Shown: positions 49,332 through 62,268 of the stretch, one piece after another
Layout: each line of letters starts with the position of its first letter
How positions within the stretch are numbered: the stretch's first letter is position 1
Assembly (NCBI RefSeq): GCF_963921235.1
Contig: NC_086097.1
Coordinates: 206,028,001-206,092,000 of the forward strand
Reading direction: 5' to 3'
Source: Mobula hypostoma
Taxonomy: Eukaryota
Length of the DNA: 64,000 bases
Translations under genes and position numbers: made by a program
The notes under the pieces: generated by a model
Databases searched by the model: none
What the model was told of the DNA's origin: nothing
What the model saw: only the letters and a program-made list of their open reading frames with translations

Positions 49332-51479
49332 CTCCTTTCTGAAGGAAACCAAGGCATAAGAAAATAGAATATTGTGGGTGAATTGGGATCAAGGAACCAG
49401 GGCAGGTGTTGTAGAGGGGTGTGAGATGGTTTGGATAAAGTTTTACAGGGGTAAGGGTAACGAAGTGTTATGAAGGTGGGAGTGAAATTCAAAGCGGTAC
49501 TCAGGATAATTCAGGGAGAGTCGGCTGGTATGATATTGAGTGAAGGGGAAGTGCAAGGGAGAGTGGGGAGGATGGGACAACCTTGTGGAGGAGAAGGGAT
49601 AATGGAGAGGAGATATAAGAAACAGGTACAGGGAATGTGCATTGCCAGAAAAGGGGATGGATTCTGGAGTTGGGTGGCTATTGATTTTTCATGGTTTGTG
49701 AGGGATGGGATGTCGGCCTGTTTATTCACTGCAGTGGACAAGGGCTCAGATCAGATAAACCTCATTTAATTTCAGGTTGCCCAGATCTGTGCTGTAGGTT
49801 TACTGAATATTGTCCCAGTGATGGGTAACCCCATGACAACATGGTCCAATTAGAATATAATGCTCTAAAATGATTCTTGCAAAGAAATTGTACGCATCTC
49901 CTGTGGAGAATTTTGCAGGATCCCAAAAGGTGATTCAAGGTGTAAAGTACTTGTCAAAGTTACCAATTGTTGTGACTTATCCACGAAGTTACAGTATTTA
50001 GTCTGTATTCCCTGGATTTTTCAACTCTTTAATTTGCTCTGCTTTAATTTCATGAATATATCCGTGAAAATTTATACGTGCAATTTTTCTTCCATATTGT
50101 TGATATAATTAGCTACTCTAAAATCAGTTAAACAGTTTTTTCAGTTGTTTAAATGAGGGTAGAGGTTATAGGTATGAACTTCAACAAGGTTATTTTCAGT
50201 TTAATGACTCTTATCAACAACCATACGTATAGATAGTACTTTTAAACAGATCACATACTGAGATGCCACTGAACCCCTTTCTACTTATTAACTAACATAC
50301 AATGCTCTTGATAATGTAAGATGTGGAAAGTTTCAAACTACAGCTGTTAATCAACATTGGGAAATAACAACAAAGTTAAGGAAGTTATTTTCTCAGGGCA
50401 GTTGTCCAGAGCAGATTTTACCCAAAGCTGCTAACCGTCTTTCACATTACAATTCTCATAATCTTTAGATTTTACATTAAGGCAAAGTGTTTTCATTTGT
50501 CTTATTAGTCTCCCTATGATATAGAGCACTGAATTTGTAATTCACAATACACATACTTTGTGTAAGGATAACTTGCAAACCAGCACATTTCCACACCTAC
50601 TAATTGGTTAAGACAGCATTATGGTTCCAGCAAGCCTGAGAGTCTTTAATATGAAATGCTCATGAAATGTAAGGGATAGAGTTTACTAGTCCCACATTTT
50701 TTACAATTAGCAAAGCTATCTTATGTCTGGAGATTAACAACAATATTAGCCTCCCTTTATGCATCTCACCTTCACCTGCACATGGCCCAAATCCAAGAAC
50801 GTATCACCACTAATATCAATTCTAATAACTTTGCCTGGTAAAATTCTCCTCCACTGCCATAATCTTTGTTTATTCTCAAAAATTCAAGCAGGATACTTCC
50901 TGAACTGCATTCTAAAAGTAAGTGGGATTATTGGTGAGCAAATTGCTCTTTGGTGATAATTTTAATCAGGGAACCGGTTTTGCAGACCAATCAATTTACT
51001 TCTAACGAAAGAGAAAGAAGTGGGTTTTGAAATTACTGGGGGAAGCAGGATTAATATTCATTTTCTTGCTTGCAGTAAACATACACAAATTGATCACTCG
51101 TCATTTTACACTCACTCTTTGAAGACAAAGGAAACAGAATCACTCATGGTATGGTAGCGGGAGGGAAAATTCATCTCCTGGAGTTAATATAAATATTACA
51201 CTGAGTTTTGTCTTTCTCACAGAGATATGAGAAAGGTGACTAAAGAAAATAGAGTACAATCAGCAAAGTGCAAATGAGTTTTATATGAAAGGTTATAGGC
51301 TTGTAAATTTATGTCAATGCAGAGCAACTATTACATTGTGGGGTCCTGTCTTATCTTGCTGGAATTGCATACTGTCTAAAACCTAAGTTACCATGGTGAT
51401 GCCCAGTTATTGATTCTCTTTGCATTCACTATTGTCTTCAGAGAACTGACCAATTCCCACAGCTAGTTTGACTAAACCA

Positions 51480-52605
51480 CTTTCCATTCTGTCTCCAGAA
51501 ATATGCTGTTCCCTTTTCTCAGTTCCTTTGTTTCCGCTGTTATCTCAGGAAGAGGCTTTCCTTTCTAAGACATCAAAGACATCATCCTTCAACAAAGAAC
51601 AGGGTATCCCTCCCTCTACCATTGATGGCATCCTGATCCAGATCTCTTCCATTTCCTGGACATACACGCTCACCCCACCCTGCCTTAACAGGGAGAGTTC
51701 TTCTTATTCTCTCCGTGAGCCTCCACATCTAACACATCATTCTCCATAACTTCTGTCATCTTCAAAGAGAACTTATCACCAAATACATCTTTACCTCCCT
51801 CCACTTTCTGCTGGGATTACTCCCCGTGATTCCCCACTGATCATCCTCCTGGCACTTAACCCTACAAGTGACAGAAATGCTACACCTGCCCATCCACCTC
51901 CTCTCTTACCTCCATTCAGGGTCCCAAACAGTCTTTCCAGGTGAGGCAACACTTCATCTGCAAATCTGCTTGTGTTTTGTATTGTATCAGGTGCTCCCAT
52001 TGACTCTCTCTAATGTCGAAGAGGCCTCAGTGTAAATTCAGGGAGCCACTTTGTTGACCACCTTCGCTCTATCTGCCTAAAATGGAATTTCCCAGTGGCC
52101 AACCATTTTAGTTCATATGCCCATTCTCATTCCAACATGTTGGTCCATGGTCTCCTGTTTTGCCATGATGAGCCTATTCTCAGTGGAGGAGCAACATCTC
52201 ATATTCCATCTAGGTAGCCTCTAACCTGATGGCATGAACATAGATTTCTCCTTCCAGTACAGCTTCTTTTTCCTTCTCCGTTCCCTCTTTATTCTCCATC
52301 CTGGCCTCTTACCTCATCTCAGCTGCCTATTACCTCCCCCTGGTGACCCCCCCCTTTCTTCCCTTTCTCCAATGGTAAACTCTCCATTCTACAAGATTCC
52401 TTTTTCTCCAGCCCTTTACCTTTCCCTCCCACCTGGCCTCACATCACCCTCGAGCTAGTCTTTCTTCCCCTCCCACACCCTTTAATTCTGATGTCTTCCC
52501 CCTTCCTTTCCAGTCCTGAAATAGGGTCTATGCCTGAAACATCGAGTGTTTCATTTCCATATATGCTGCCTGACCTGCTGAGTTCCTCCAGCATTTTGAG
52601 AGTGT
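51480..52605 (+). mobile_element. Older Penelope-like element 3' part
   Basis: Colinear with ~43300-44610 (CAGGTGAGGCAACACTTCATCTG, CCAGTGGCCAACCATTTTA, CCTGATGGCATGAACAT). Terminal repeat degenerate. Confidence 0.8.
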
Positions 52606-53599
52606 CTTTTGAGAGTCATCCTCTTCAAAGCTCCTAAAAGATCACTTGGGAAATTTTCAGGTTGCCACTTGATTTCTCAATATACGTAAAGTCCAGCTGT
52701 TAGAACTTGACCTGACAATCACTGGAATATGCCTTAAAGGGAGCATTATGGGCAACCTTCTCTTACTGGAACCAGGTGGTATGTGTTTTCTAGTTCCTCA
52801 GTTCTATAAAGATTAATCACTTATTCAACTGCTATTTTGGTCAACTGAACTAACTGCTAGCATTGACATGGCTCTCATGATCCTGTCATGGTGCAGTTAC
52901 AGGACTGCACTACTTCCAAGAATGGGTAAGGAGTAATTCCAATAATTATCCACAACATCTTCCTAGATCTCTTCATCCTTTCATTTCAATATGAACCACT
53001 TCCCAGCAGATTCTGGTGTATTTTTTTGTGTATCAATTGATGGGTTGCTTCAGAAGGACATCACAAGTACTTTAGTCAAGCTGAAAACAGATGTTGACTA
53101 AACTCTAATATCCTAGTACGAATATAATTGGTTCAGTTTTTCTTTAGAAAATTGACTTTCATTGTTAAAGGATACCTTAAATTTTCTGGCTGTTCCTATC
53201 CCTGCATGGTTAATCTCATCCACGGCATGGATTTTTCTTTCTCTTCATGGTGTGTTGTCTGTCAAGTTGATTTTCCAACCAAATACTGCACACTTCCTCA
53301 CATGCAGATTACTCTTCTATCATTCATTCAAATTGGTCTTGCAAATCGCCTTTAAACTTTCTCTCTTGGATCTTAAACCTCTACCCACTAGTATTTAATA
53401 TTTCCATCCTGGGAAAAAGACTGACTACCTACCCAATCTATATCTGTCATAATTTTATATATTTCTATCAGGTCACCCCCTCACCCTATAACATTCCAGG
53501 GAAAACAAACCAAGTTTGTCCATCTTCTCCCTATAGCCAATCTTCTCCAATCCAGGCAGCACCTTGGGAAACCTCTTTTGCATGCTCTTCACATGATAA

Positions 53600-53960
53600 C
53601 AGTTCCCATAGGATGTTCCCTGGACTCCACAATCTTATTACTGTTAAGTAGGTCTTCTAAATCTGCAGAACTGTCGATTATCTATTAATTATCAATTCTG
53701 TAAGGAAATATCAAAGGATTCTCCCTGCTCCGGATAGTGAGAAAAGAACTGGTAACAGTCAACAGTTTCCTTCATAGGCAGATAGCACTGTGCATATAAT
53801 GTGACTAGTCCACTCACTAGGGACTCCACTGAGTGTTTTATAGAATGCCACAAATTCTCCCCAAGTGCAGAACAATAGCTTCTTACTTTTAGTAGGTTTT
53901 GGTTGAACCTCAAAAACCACTATTCTGCCCTTGCTCAAAAGTTTTCCCCATTTTCTTAAA
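53600..53960 (-). mobile_element. Possible degraded Gypsy gag fragment
   Basis: Minus translation YLPMKETVDCYQFFSHYPEQGESFD resembles the gag motif N-E-T-V-E-R-Y-x-F-F-x-R-x-Q-x-x-G-E-S-F-D. Confidence 0.4.
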
Positions 53961-54621
53961 CTAGATAGATAGATAACTCCAGTACAGATATAACCGTAGA
54001 AGGTATTTTTATTATTCACAGTACGCAAGGAGTTGGTGTAAAAAGACAATATTTCTTGGAGTTCTCACAAAAGATAGATTCAAACACTGATTCAAACTCC
54101 CTCGACTTCCAACATATAGCTTCTAACTGACCAAAATATATGAATGATATATAATGAAAGCTAAATACTTAATAATACAATAATGAGTAATCAACAAGTT
54201 GTGAACTTACAATTAAGCAGTGAGATCTAATAATTAGAAATAACAAACGACATCAGGAAAGACGTAACAGCCACATACATATAATGAAACATTTTCTGTC
54301 CACTCTTTCCATTCTTTACAAAGATAATTCATCTGAAATCCATTACTTTAGTTGCCTTATTTGTTTCATAGTGTATTACCACATCTGAATCACAGTTTGC
54401 TGTCTTTTGGTGCACATCTACTGAATGTGATTATCTTAATTTTTCCACACAGAGACTAGCACTTAATTTCATTAGACAGCAGTTTTTGACCACTATGTTT
54501 CATTATTTTCTCATTCTTTCAATAAAGTTCTGGAGGATTGCCAATCGTTCAAATTAGCTGAGTGCTTTATTAAAAAGAACTTGCAGAAAGACAGAAAGAT
54601 AAGAATGCCTCTACAATGTTC

Positions 54622-54912
54622 CTCAAAGTTCAATACACATTTATTATTGAAGCACATAAATGTCACTCCGCAGCCCAGAGATTCATTTTCATGCTGCATA
54701 CACAATAAATCCATAATAGTATAATAACCATAATAGAATCAATGAAAGACTACACCAGCTTGGGTGTTCAAGCAGTGTGCAAAAGATGATAAACTACAAA
54801 TACAAAAGAAAGAAAGAAATAATAAATAAATAAATAAATAAGTTAGCAATAAATATCAAGAACATGAGATGAAGAGTTCTTGAAAATGAGCCTATAGGTT
54901 GTGGGAACCTAT
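54622..54912 (-). mobile_element. LINE (Rex1/L2-like) 3' UTR fragment
   Basis: CAAAGTTCAATACACATTTATTATT...GAGATTCATTTTC resembles the reverse complement of a LINE tail with AATAAA. Family uncertain. Confidence 0.45.
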
Positions 54913-55728
54913 GGTTCACAAGTGGCTTTACCTGCAGAGGTAAAACAAGTTGAGTCCATTTCTGTATCACTGAAACAGAAAGCAATCAGTCATAAAATAC
55001 AATTCTCAAAGAATTGCACACCTAATACTACATAATCCACATACGTAACACAGTAATTCCTATACATAGATACACATGCCTTGCCCACATACTATTGCTT
55101 GCCAGTGCATATTCTCACTATTCCAAACCAATTAACAATCCACTTGACATTTAAAACTGGTCCTGCTCAGGTTACGGCACAATTCTGTCCCTGTTAGTTG
55201 TTCACAAGTGAGGCAGTTTGCAAATTGGATATGCAACTGCACACTAATATTCCTTGCAGCAGACTATGCACACAGTCCTGCAACAGCTGGCAAATCCATC
55301 CCACTGGTCTCCCAAATGCTCATTTGAATCTGCAGGCTGTACATAAATTGGGCATTCATTAACTATGTAAGATCTGGAACCATAAATGTTCCATTGAAGA
55401 AACAATTTGCCAACAATTTTAGGGAAATCCATACAGCAGAAAGTTAATGTAATAATATTGTACAGCTGAAACCATTGATGAACTATTTTGTCTTCTAAAA
55501 AGTTATCTCCTGGCTTTAGTAGACACAGTAGGGACTGTTGAGGTGCATGCTGCTTTGTGCTGAGAATCTCTTGGTTGGTACCATCAGTATTTTATAGTCT
55601 ATGATGGCTGTCACAGAACAGTACAATGTGCTTTTTTTCATGAGGCAGACCCATTGGGACACATAGCAATGCGAGTAAGGGGGCTGGTTAGGAAGGAATG
55701 GCTTTGGGAAACAATAGTAATTAGAAAG

Positions 55729-56625
55729 TGTTACAAGGGGGCGCTGGGAGCGGACCCAAGTGCAAGACAGAGACACTGCAGTTCTAGGAACAGGACTAGG
55801 TTCTTGGACGTGGCTTGGAAAGGACGATAGACTTCTGGACAAGACGAGGGAACTCCAGCACCAGGCTGGCCGAGGCACTTCTGGGCTGGGCAAGGAATCT
55901 CCAGCACAGGACGAGGCTCTTGAACTAGATTTGGCTCAGCTCTTGGACTCGGCTTGATTAGGCTCTTGGGTACGGAGCCAGGACTCCTCCTTGGAGCACA
56001 GGGCTGGGACCCTTCCTGGGACACAGGGCCAGGACCCTTCCTGGGACGCAGGGCCAGGATGACTGCCGAGGTTATCTGCCGAGGTAAACTGCCAAGGATT
56101 CAGACGGGGACGATCCAGCACACGACAAGGAATCTCCAGCACCAGGCTGGGTGAGAACACGAAGCCTGGAACTTGGAACACAGGAACACAGAACCGGGAC
56201 CCTTCCTTGGGGGCAGGATTTAGGGCTGGGGCTCTACACAGAGTCAGGACCCCTCTTGGGAAAAGGACATAGGGCTGGAACTCATACACAGAACACAGAA
56301 CACAGACACTGAACATAGGGACACAAAGAGACAGTTCCAAACTCAACGATAGATAGTTCCTTACCTTGGCGTGGCAAGGCTCCAATCTCATTCCGGCTGT
56401 TGAACTTGACGAGTTTGAAGGCAAAAGGTTCAGGGGAAGGGAAGGGAACAGTCCAACAACCAATCCCTGGTTTGCAGAGGTATTTATGTGCCAGACCGAA
56501 ATGAGAATCAGGTGTCTCAATTAAGGCACCCAACAGAACAAGGTAGAAAACAGGAAATCCCAGAACAATGATCGATGGACTAGACTGTGAACCAGAATGC
56601 AGAATTCACAGACCAGACCATGACA
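55729..56625 (-). mobile_element. Solo LTR (897 bp) with internal repeats, LTR-retrotransposon type
   Basis: TG...CA termini (TGTTACA...CATGACA). 5-bp TSD GAAAG at 55724-55728 and 56626-56630. GC-rich with repeated GGACCCTTCCT and GGAATCTCCAGCAC motifs. Strand is tentative. Confidence 0.88.
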
Positions 56626-56824
56626 GAAAGTTCCTTGATCAAAGTCAGAACTCCCTCATACTGTCACTATAACCTCATGAGCCTCTTGAATTTCTTTTCA
56701 TTGTCATGTTTGAAAGCCCCTGCTGGTAGCCATCCTTTCTCTGGATAAAAATATCCAGTTTGTGGCAGTGTGACAAGAGCACTGAAAACAGCTCCAATCT
56801 CCCTGTTAAAGTACAGTGCTGCTA

Positions 56825-57765
56825 GAGACATGAGAGACTGCAGATGCTAGGAGCTGGAGTAAAAAACACGCTGCTGAAGGAATTTGGCGGGTTGAGCATC
56901 ATCCATGGGGGAAACAGAAATATCAACATTTTGGGTCGACATCCTACATCAGGACTGGAGAGGGAAGACTGCAGCATAATGAGGAGGGTGAGGGGTGATG
57001 AGACCAGAGCCCAAGGTGATTGGGCTGAGGAGGGTCGAAGAATGACAGGTAGTTTGAAGTAGGTAATGGCAGGCAATTAGTGGATATTGGAGACGGGGGT
57101 AGTGGATAATTGATGGAGGCAGCAAAAAATTTTGACAGATTGTGTAATGCCGAGTAGGGGAGGGTGAAGGTAGAAGAAAGCTACTGGAGGGTAATAAGCA
57201 GCAACATCAAGGACAGCCAGTGCTGTGATCTGAGAAGTAAAGGAAGTAGAATGGGAACCATTAGGAGAGAAGTGAATGGCAAATGGAACCAGTATCTGAT
57301 TGGGATTAGATAGAGGGGTGGGCAGGAATGGAATCCGTGGGTGAAACGTATGTGTAGTGGAAGGATGGAACCAGGAGGAAAAGAAGGATGAAGATGGGAG
57401 ATGTGGAGGGTGGGTGGACTGGAAGAGGGGGTGGCATTTGGAAAAGTGGACAAAAGTGGGAGGAGTAGAGAGGATGAGAAAGAGGGGATTGGAAGGAACA
57501 AGACACATCAATGGGGAAGCTGCCTGGAAAATTCAACATTCATGCCATTAGACTGTTGGTTACCAAAGCAGAATATGAGGGAATGTCTCATCAAACAAGA
57601 GAAAATCTGCAGATACTGAAAATCCAAGCAAAACAAACAAAATGCAAGAGGAACTCAGCAGGCCAGACAGCATCTATGGAACAGATGATGTTTTGAGCTG
57701 AGACCATTCTGTTTGGATGCCTGCAAGGTCCGCACACATTTTGTGTTTCTGTTCCAGAAGTGTTC
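56825..57765 (-). mobile_element. Degraded Penelope 3' region plus an adjacent pseudo-LTR fragment
   Basis: CTGCAGATGCT...CATCAGGACTGGA is a reverse-oriented pseudo-LTR, followed by a purine tract. A second pseudo-LTR copy lies at ~57595-57715. Confidence 0.65.
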
Positions 57766-58584
57766 TGTTTGTGTTTCATCATACAAATTGCGCAATCTGA
57801 GTTCAGCTGGGTAGAGCGTGTGCAGTCCTGTACCCACCTAGGAACGACTGTCCTGTCTCCTCTGTTCATGGTCAGATGCAACATGTCAGATGTCAAATGG
57901 CAAATTAATCAGAAATGCAAGCATCAGTTGGGACAAACTCCTGATCCACCAGCACTCCATTCTGAAGAATTATTTTGGAGGGAATATGACAACATTCATC
58001 AAACTGGTTCCTGTATTAGAGTATATGTTCAAAGGAAATTGAGACTGCTACTTTGAATTATTAAAAACATGCATTCAAGCTGAAATCTGAAAATATGTTT
58101 AATAATATAGTAAACAACACATTGTAAACAGAACACTAAAGTTAAGACAGAAAGGATGTCAAGTTAGATTTAACGACAAAAATTGCAACAAATATATTGA
58201 ACTGACCACAACAAAGAGTCAATCAGTTAAAAAGGGCTCAGGTTGAATGAAGCAGTACAGGTGTCCCCCGCTTTTCGAATGTTCGTTTTACGAAACCTCA
58301 CTGTTACGAAAGACCTACATTTGTTACCTGTTTTCGCTAACAGAAGGTGTTTTCACTGTTATGAAAAAAGGCAGCGCGCGAAAAAAGCAGCGCGTGCCCC
58401 GAGCAGCCGCTTTCCCCTGGATTCGGAATGGCATTCTAGCCGGCATTGCTTAAACACGTGCCTATGAGCAGCTGTGCATTATGTCAATTGATTTTGAGCA
58501 TCTGTTTGCAAGATGAGTTCTAAGGTATCAGAAAAGCCTGAAAGAGCTAAGTTAACCTAACCTTAACTTAGCATAGGTTAAGTA

Positions 58585-59700
58585 CGCTTATTCAGAAAGT
58601 CAGAAGGCATGGGATCCAGGGAAGTTTGGCCAGGTGGATTCAGAATTGGCTTGCCTGCAGAAGGCAGAGGGTTGTGGTGGAGGGAGTACATTCAGATTGG
58701 AGGACTGTGACTAGTGGTGTCCTACAAGGATCTGTTCTGGGACCTCTACTTTTCGTGATTTTTATTAACGACCTGGATGTGGGGGTAGAAGAGTGGGTTG
58801 GCAAGTTTGCAGACGATACAAAGGTTGGTGGTGTTGTGGATAGTGTAGAGGATTGTCAAAGATTGCAGAGAGACATTGATAGGATGCAGAAGTGGGCTGA
58901 GAAATGGCAGATGGAGTTCAACCCGGTGAAGTGTGAGGTGGTACACTTCGGAAGGACAAACTCCAAGGCAGAGAACAAAGTAAATGGCAGGATACTTGGT
59001 AGTGTGGGGGAGCAGAGGGATCTGGGGGTACATGTCCACAGATCCCTGAAAGTTGCCTCACAGGTAGATAGGGTAGTTAAGAAAGCTTATGGGGTGTTAG
59101 CTTTCATAAGTCAAGGGATAGAGTTTAAGAGTCGCGATGTAATGATGCAGCTCTATAAAACTCTGGTTCCACACTTGGAGTATTGTGTCCAGTTCTGGTC
59201 GCCTCACTATAGGAAGGATGTGGAAGCATTGGAAAGGGTACAGAGGAGATTTACCAGGATGCTGCCTGGTTTAGAGAGTGTGCATTATGATCAGAGATTA
59301 AGGGAGCTAGGGTTTTACTCTTTGGAGAGAAGGAGGATGAGAGGAGACATGATAGAGATGTACAAGACAATAAGAGGAATAGATAGAGTGGATAGCCAGC
59401 GCCTCTTCCCCAGGGCACCACTGCTCAATACAAGAGGACATGGCTTTAAGGTAAGGGGTGGGAAGTTCAAGGGGGATATTAGAGGAAGGTTTTTAACTCA
59501 GAGAGTGGTTGGTGCGTGGAATGCACTGCCTGAGTCAGTGGTGGAGGCAGATACACTAGTGAAGTTTAAGAGACTACTAGACAGGTATATGGAGGAATTT
59601 AAGTTGGGGGCTTATATAGGAGGCAGGGTTTGAGGGTCAGCACAACATTGCGGGCCGAAGGGCCTGTACTGTGCTGCACTATTCTATGTTCTATGTTCTA
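58585..59700 (+). mobile_element. Young 5'-truncated CR1 with an uninterrupted 335-aa ORF2 C-terminal frame
   Basis: ORF 58626-59633 has [21 protein letters not shown] and HLEYCVQFWSP. Tail is (TTCTATG)2TTCTA. Confidence 0.95.
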
Positions 59701-60198
59701 CGTAAAATTAGACATAATTAAGTGTTTCGATCGTGGTGAACCAAGTAAGGACAAAGTGAGTTTGGCTTGTGGAAATTGATGAAGATGATGATGAAGAGGT
59801 TTTGGCATCCTATGACCAAGAACTGATAGATGAAGAGCTGATGCAGTTGGAAGAGGAAAGGATAACAACTGAAACCGAATGCAGTACGTGTAGTCATCCA
59901 GGAACTGAGCGTGAAGCAACTGCGTGAAATTTTCGCTGCAATGATAAAGTACAACTTTAATTTTGAAAGGGTACGTCGGTTTAGGGCATATTTGCAAGAT
60001 GGTTTGAGTACTTACAAAGAACTGTATGATAGAAAAATGCGCGAGGCTAGCAGTCAAGCACACTGTCGTTTTTCAAGCCTTCCACATCAGCCACAGCAGA
60101 CGACAGACCTTGACCTTCGACATCGAGGCAGACAGACATAGAAGATGACCTACCTGCCCTGATCGACAATGAAATGACATCCCCATGTCCCACCACCA

Positions 60199-60531
60199 TG
60201 GTGGTCCCAACCTCCGGGCCATGGACAGATACCAATTCGCGGAGAATGCGGCTGTAGCCGGGAGGCACCCAGCACATCTTTAAGAAAAAAGCTGAAATAA
60301 ACAAGCTAATTAATTAGGTGCTGTCCGGCATGTAAATGTTGGCCCAGATCAGAGGTGATTGCCGATTGCGTCGGCTCTGATCTGGGCCGACATTTACATG
60401 CCAGGCGGTACCTAGTTGATTAGCTTGTTTATTTCGACTTTTTTCTTAAAGATGTGCTGGGTGTGTCCTGGCTACCCCTGTATACTTCCCGGATCGGTAT
60501 CGGTTCGCTGCCCGGAGGGTGGGGGCCACTG
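60199..60531. mobile_element. Palindromic hAT MITE nested in Tigger copy 2
   Basis: Ends TGGTGGTCCCAACC and GGTGGGGGCCACTG. Apparent 8-bp TSD CACCACCA / CACCACCC. Fold-back arms are about 160 bp. Confidence 0.82.
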
Positions 60532-61049
60532 CACCACCCCAACCTCCGACGACTCAGCCTAACACACCAGCATCAGTTTGCTCTGCACTGTCTTCCCGAT
60601 TTCCGTAAGTGATACTACATTGTACATACGTTATTTCTACTTTATATTAGCTGTGCGTTTTTATGCGTTATTTGGTATGATTTGGCAGCTTCATAGCTTA
60701 AAGGTTACTGGAGAGCACTTGCGTCGTGTTTTTGCCGAGAGCGCTTGCATGAGACTTTTGCTACGGAGAACAATGCAGGCAATGGTTGTAGAGAAGTATT
60801 TCTACTTTATATAGGCTGTATATTTATCATATCATTCCTGCTTTTACTATCTGTTACTGTTATTTTAGGTTTTATGTGTTATTTGGCATGATTTGGTAGG
60901 TTATTTTTGAGTCTGCGAACGCTCACAAATTTTTCCCATATAAATAAATGGTAATTGCTTCTTCGCTTTACGACATTCTGGCTTACAACCCGTTTCATAG
61001 GAACGCTCTACCTTCGGATGGCGGGGAAACCTGTATATGAAACTTTAGA

Positions 61050-61185
61050 GATACAAGAAACTGCTGATGATGGAATTGAGCAAAAAACAAACTGCTGGAG
61101 GAACTCAGCAGGTCAGGCAGCATCTGTAGAGCAAAATGGACTTCTGAGCTCAGGTGAAATATCTTAACCCAAAATGTCAACTGCC
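61050..61185 (-). mobile_element. Penelope pseudo-LTR fragment
   Basis: CTGCTGGAGGAACTCAGCAGGTCAGGCAGCATCTGT matches the left arm of 8960-9188. Confidence 0.65.
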
Positions 61186-62268
61186 CATAAAAATTTTGCA
61201 TGGTTTGTAACAGGCCTGAAAGATTGCAATGGTCTTTTCCAACTCTTGTCTATTTCTGTGTTCCAGAGCTTTAATGTGAATGATCTTTAATGAGTAATGT
61301 AATATTAAATGAGCAATGAATCATAACACCTCCTATTTGGCCATATCTACTACTTGTTACTCCATCTGTTTCTTTAACTTTATTGATTAACACATTTTGT
61401 TGATCACTCGGTCAGATGTCTGTTTATTCATGACATTATATATTTCACATATATACTAACCTTAGGAAAGTAGGTCATATTCATTCAACAGAATTTTCCT
61501 TGAGAAACTGTAGTTATATTATCTAGTTCCTCTGGGATGTGTCTTAGAAAACCATAGGAACATCTGCTTTTTTAAAAATAAATAGACCATGAAACTACTC
61601 AGGACATCTTATGAGTTCTGTCTGATTTTAAATCCAGTCATTTGTTTTCAAATCATATGATCCAAGGTGAAAATGCAATGTGCTTTTGCAAGTCAAAAAC
61701 AGCAACATGCAGAAATATTTTAATAGAAGCTAGAATAGTTCAAATAAAATGAAAACCATATTATAACATTTTCATAAGAGCTAACAATAATCAAATATGA
61801 TTTGTAAGCATGAATTGTAATTTTAGAATGCACCCAAATATTAAGAAATCTTGTTTTTGCTTATGGTGGAATTTCTGTGTCACATTATTTTTTTTAAATT
61901 TCACTTCATGGTATGAATAGGTTAGTGAGAAACACTTGTGTTTTGTGAAGAAGTCACTGTATAACAAGCTACTACCAGCATCACTTTATTTTACTGGCAG
62001 AAGCTTCACTATTTTTCCACTAGCCTGTATATGTGAAACAATATGTAAGTTGGTGTTGGTGACTCACTGGCAGATGGTAGACTGGGTTCCAATGCACACA
62101 ATTTATCAATAAAGAGAGAGAAGATGCAGTGATTCCTCACCATGAATGAAGAGTACTCATCTGAAGTAACTGTACCATATTCGAGAAAGCATTAGGAATA
62201 GTTTGAATGTGGTTCCTAAAGGCAATTTAGATCTCTGAAATAGTTTAGAGCATCAAAAATTTTATGTG

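Larger units (their letters stand above)
58258..61033 (+). mobile_element. Tigger/pogo-like deletion derivative, copy 2, interrupted by a CR1
   Basis: TA|CAGGTGTCCCCCGC ... GCGGGGAAACCTG|TA. Reverse-complement homolog of 30988-32688. Confidence 0.92.

Noticed and set aside
49340..49815. Purine-rich segment that may be an old Penelope remnant
   Set aside because: Too degraded to assign family or strand by eye.
55780..56330. Interspersed short repeats resembling a CRISPR-like array
   Set aside because: Spacing is irregular, units are degenerate, they lie inside a TSD-bounded LTR, the context is eukaryotic and there are no cas genes.
58626..59633. Longest ORF (335 aa) as a host gene
   Set aside because: It is the C-terminal part of CR1 ORF2, 5'-truncated and nested in a Tigger element.
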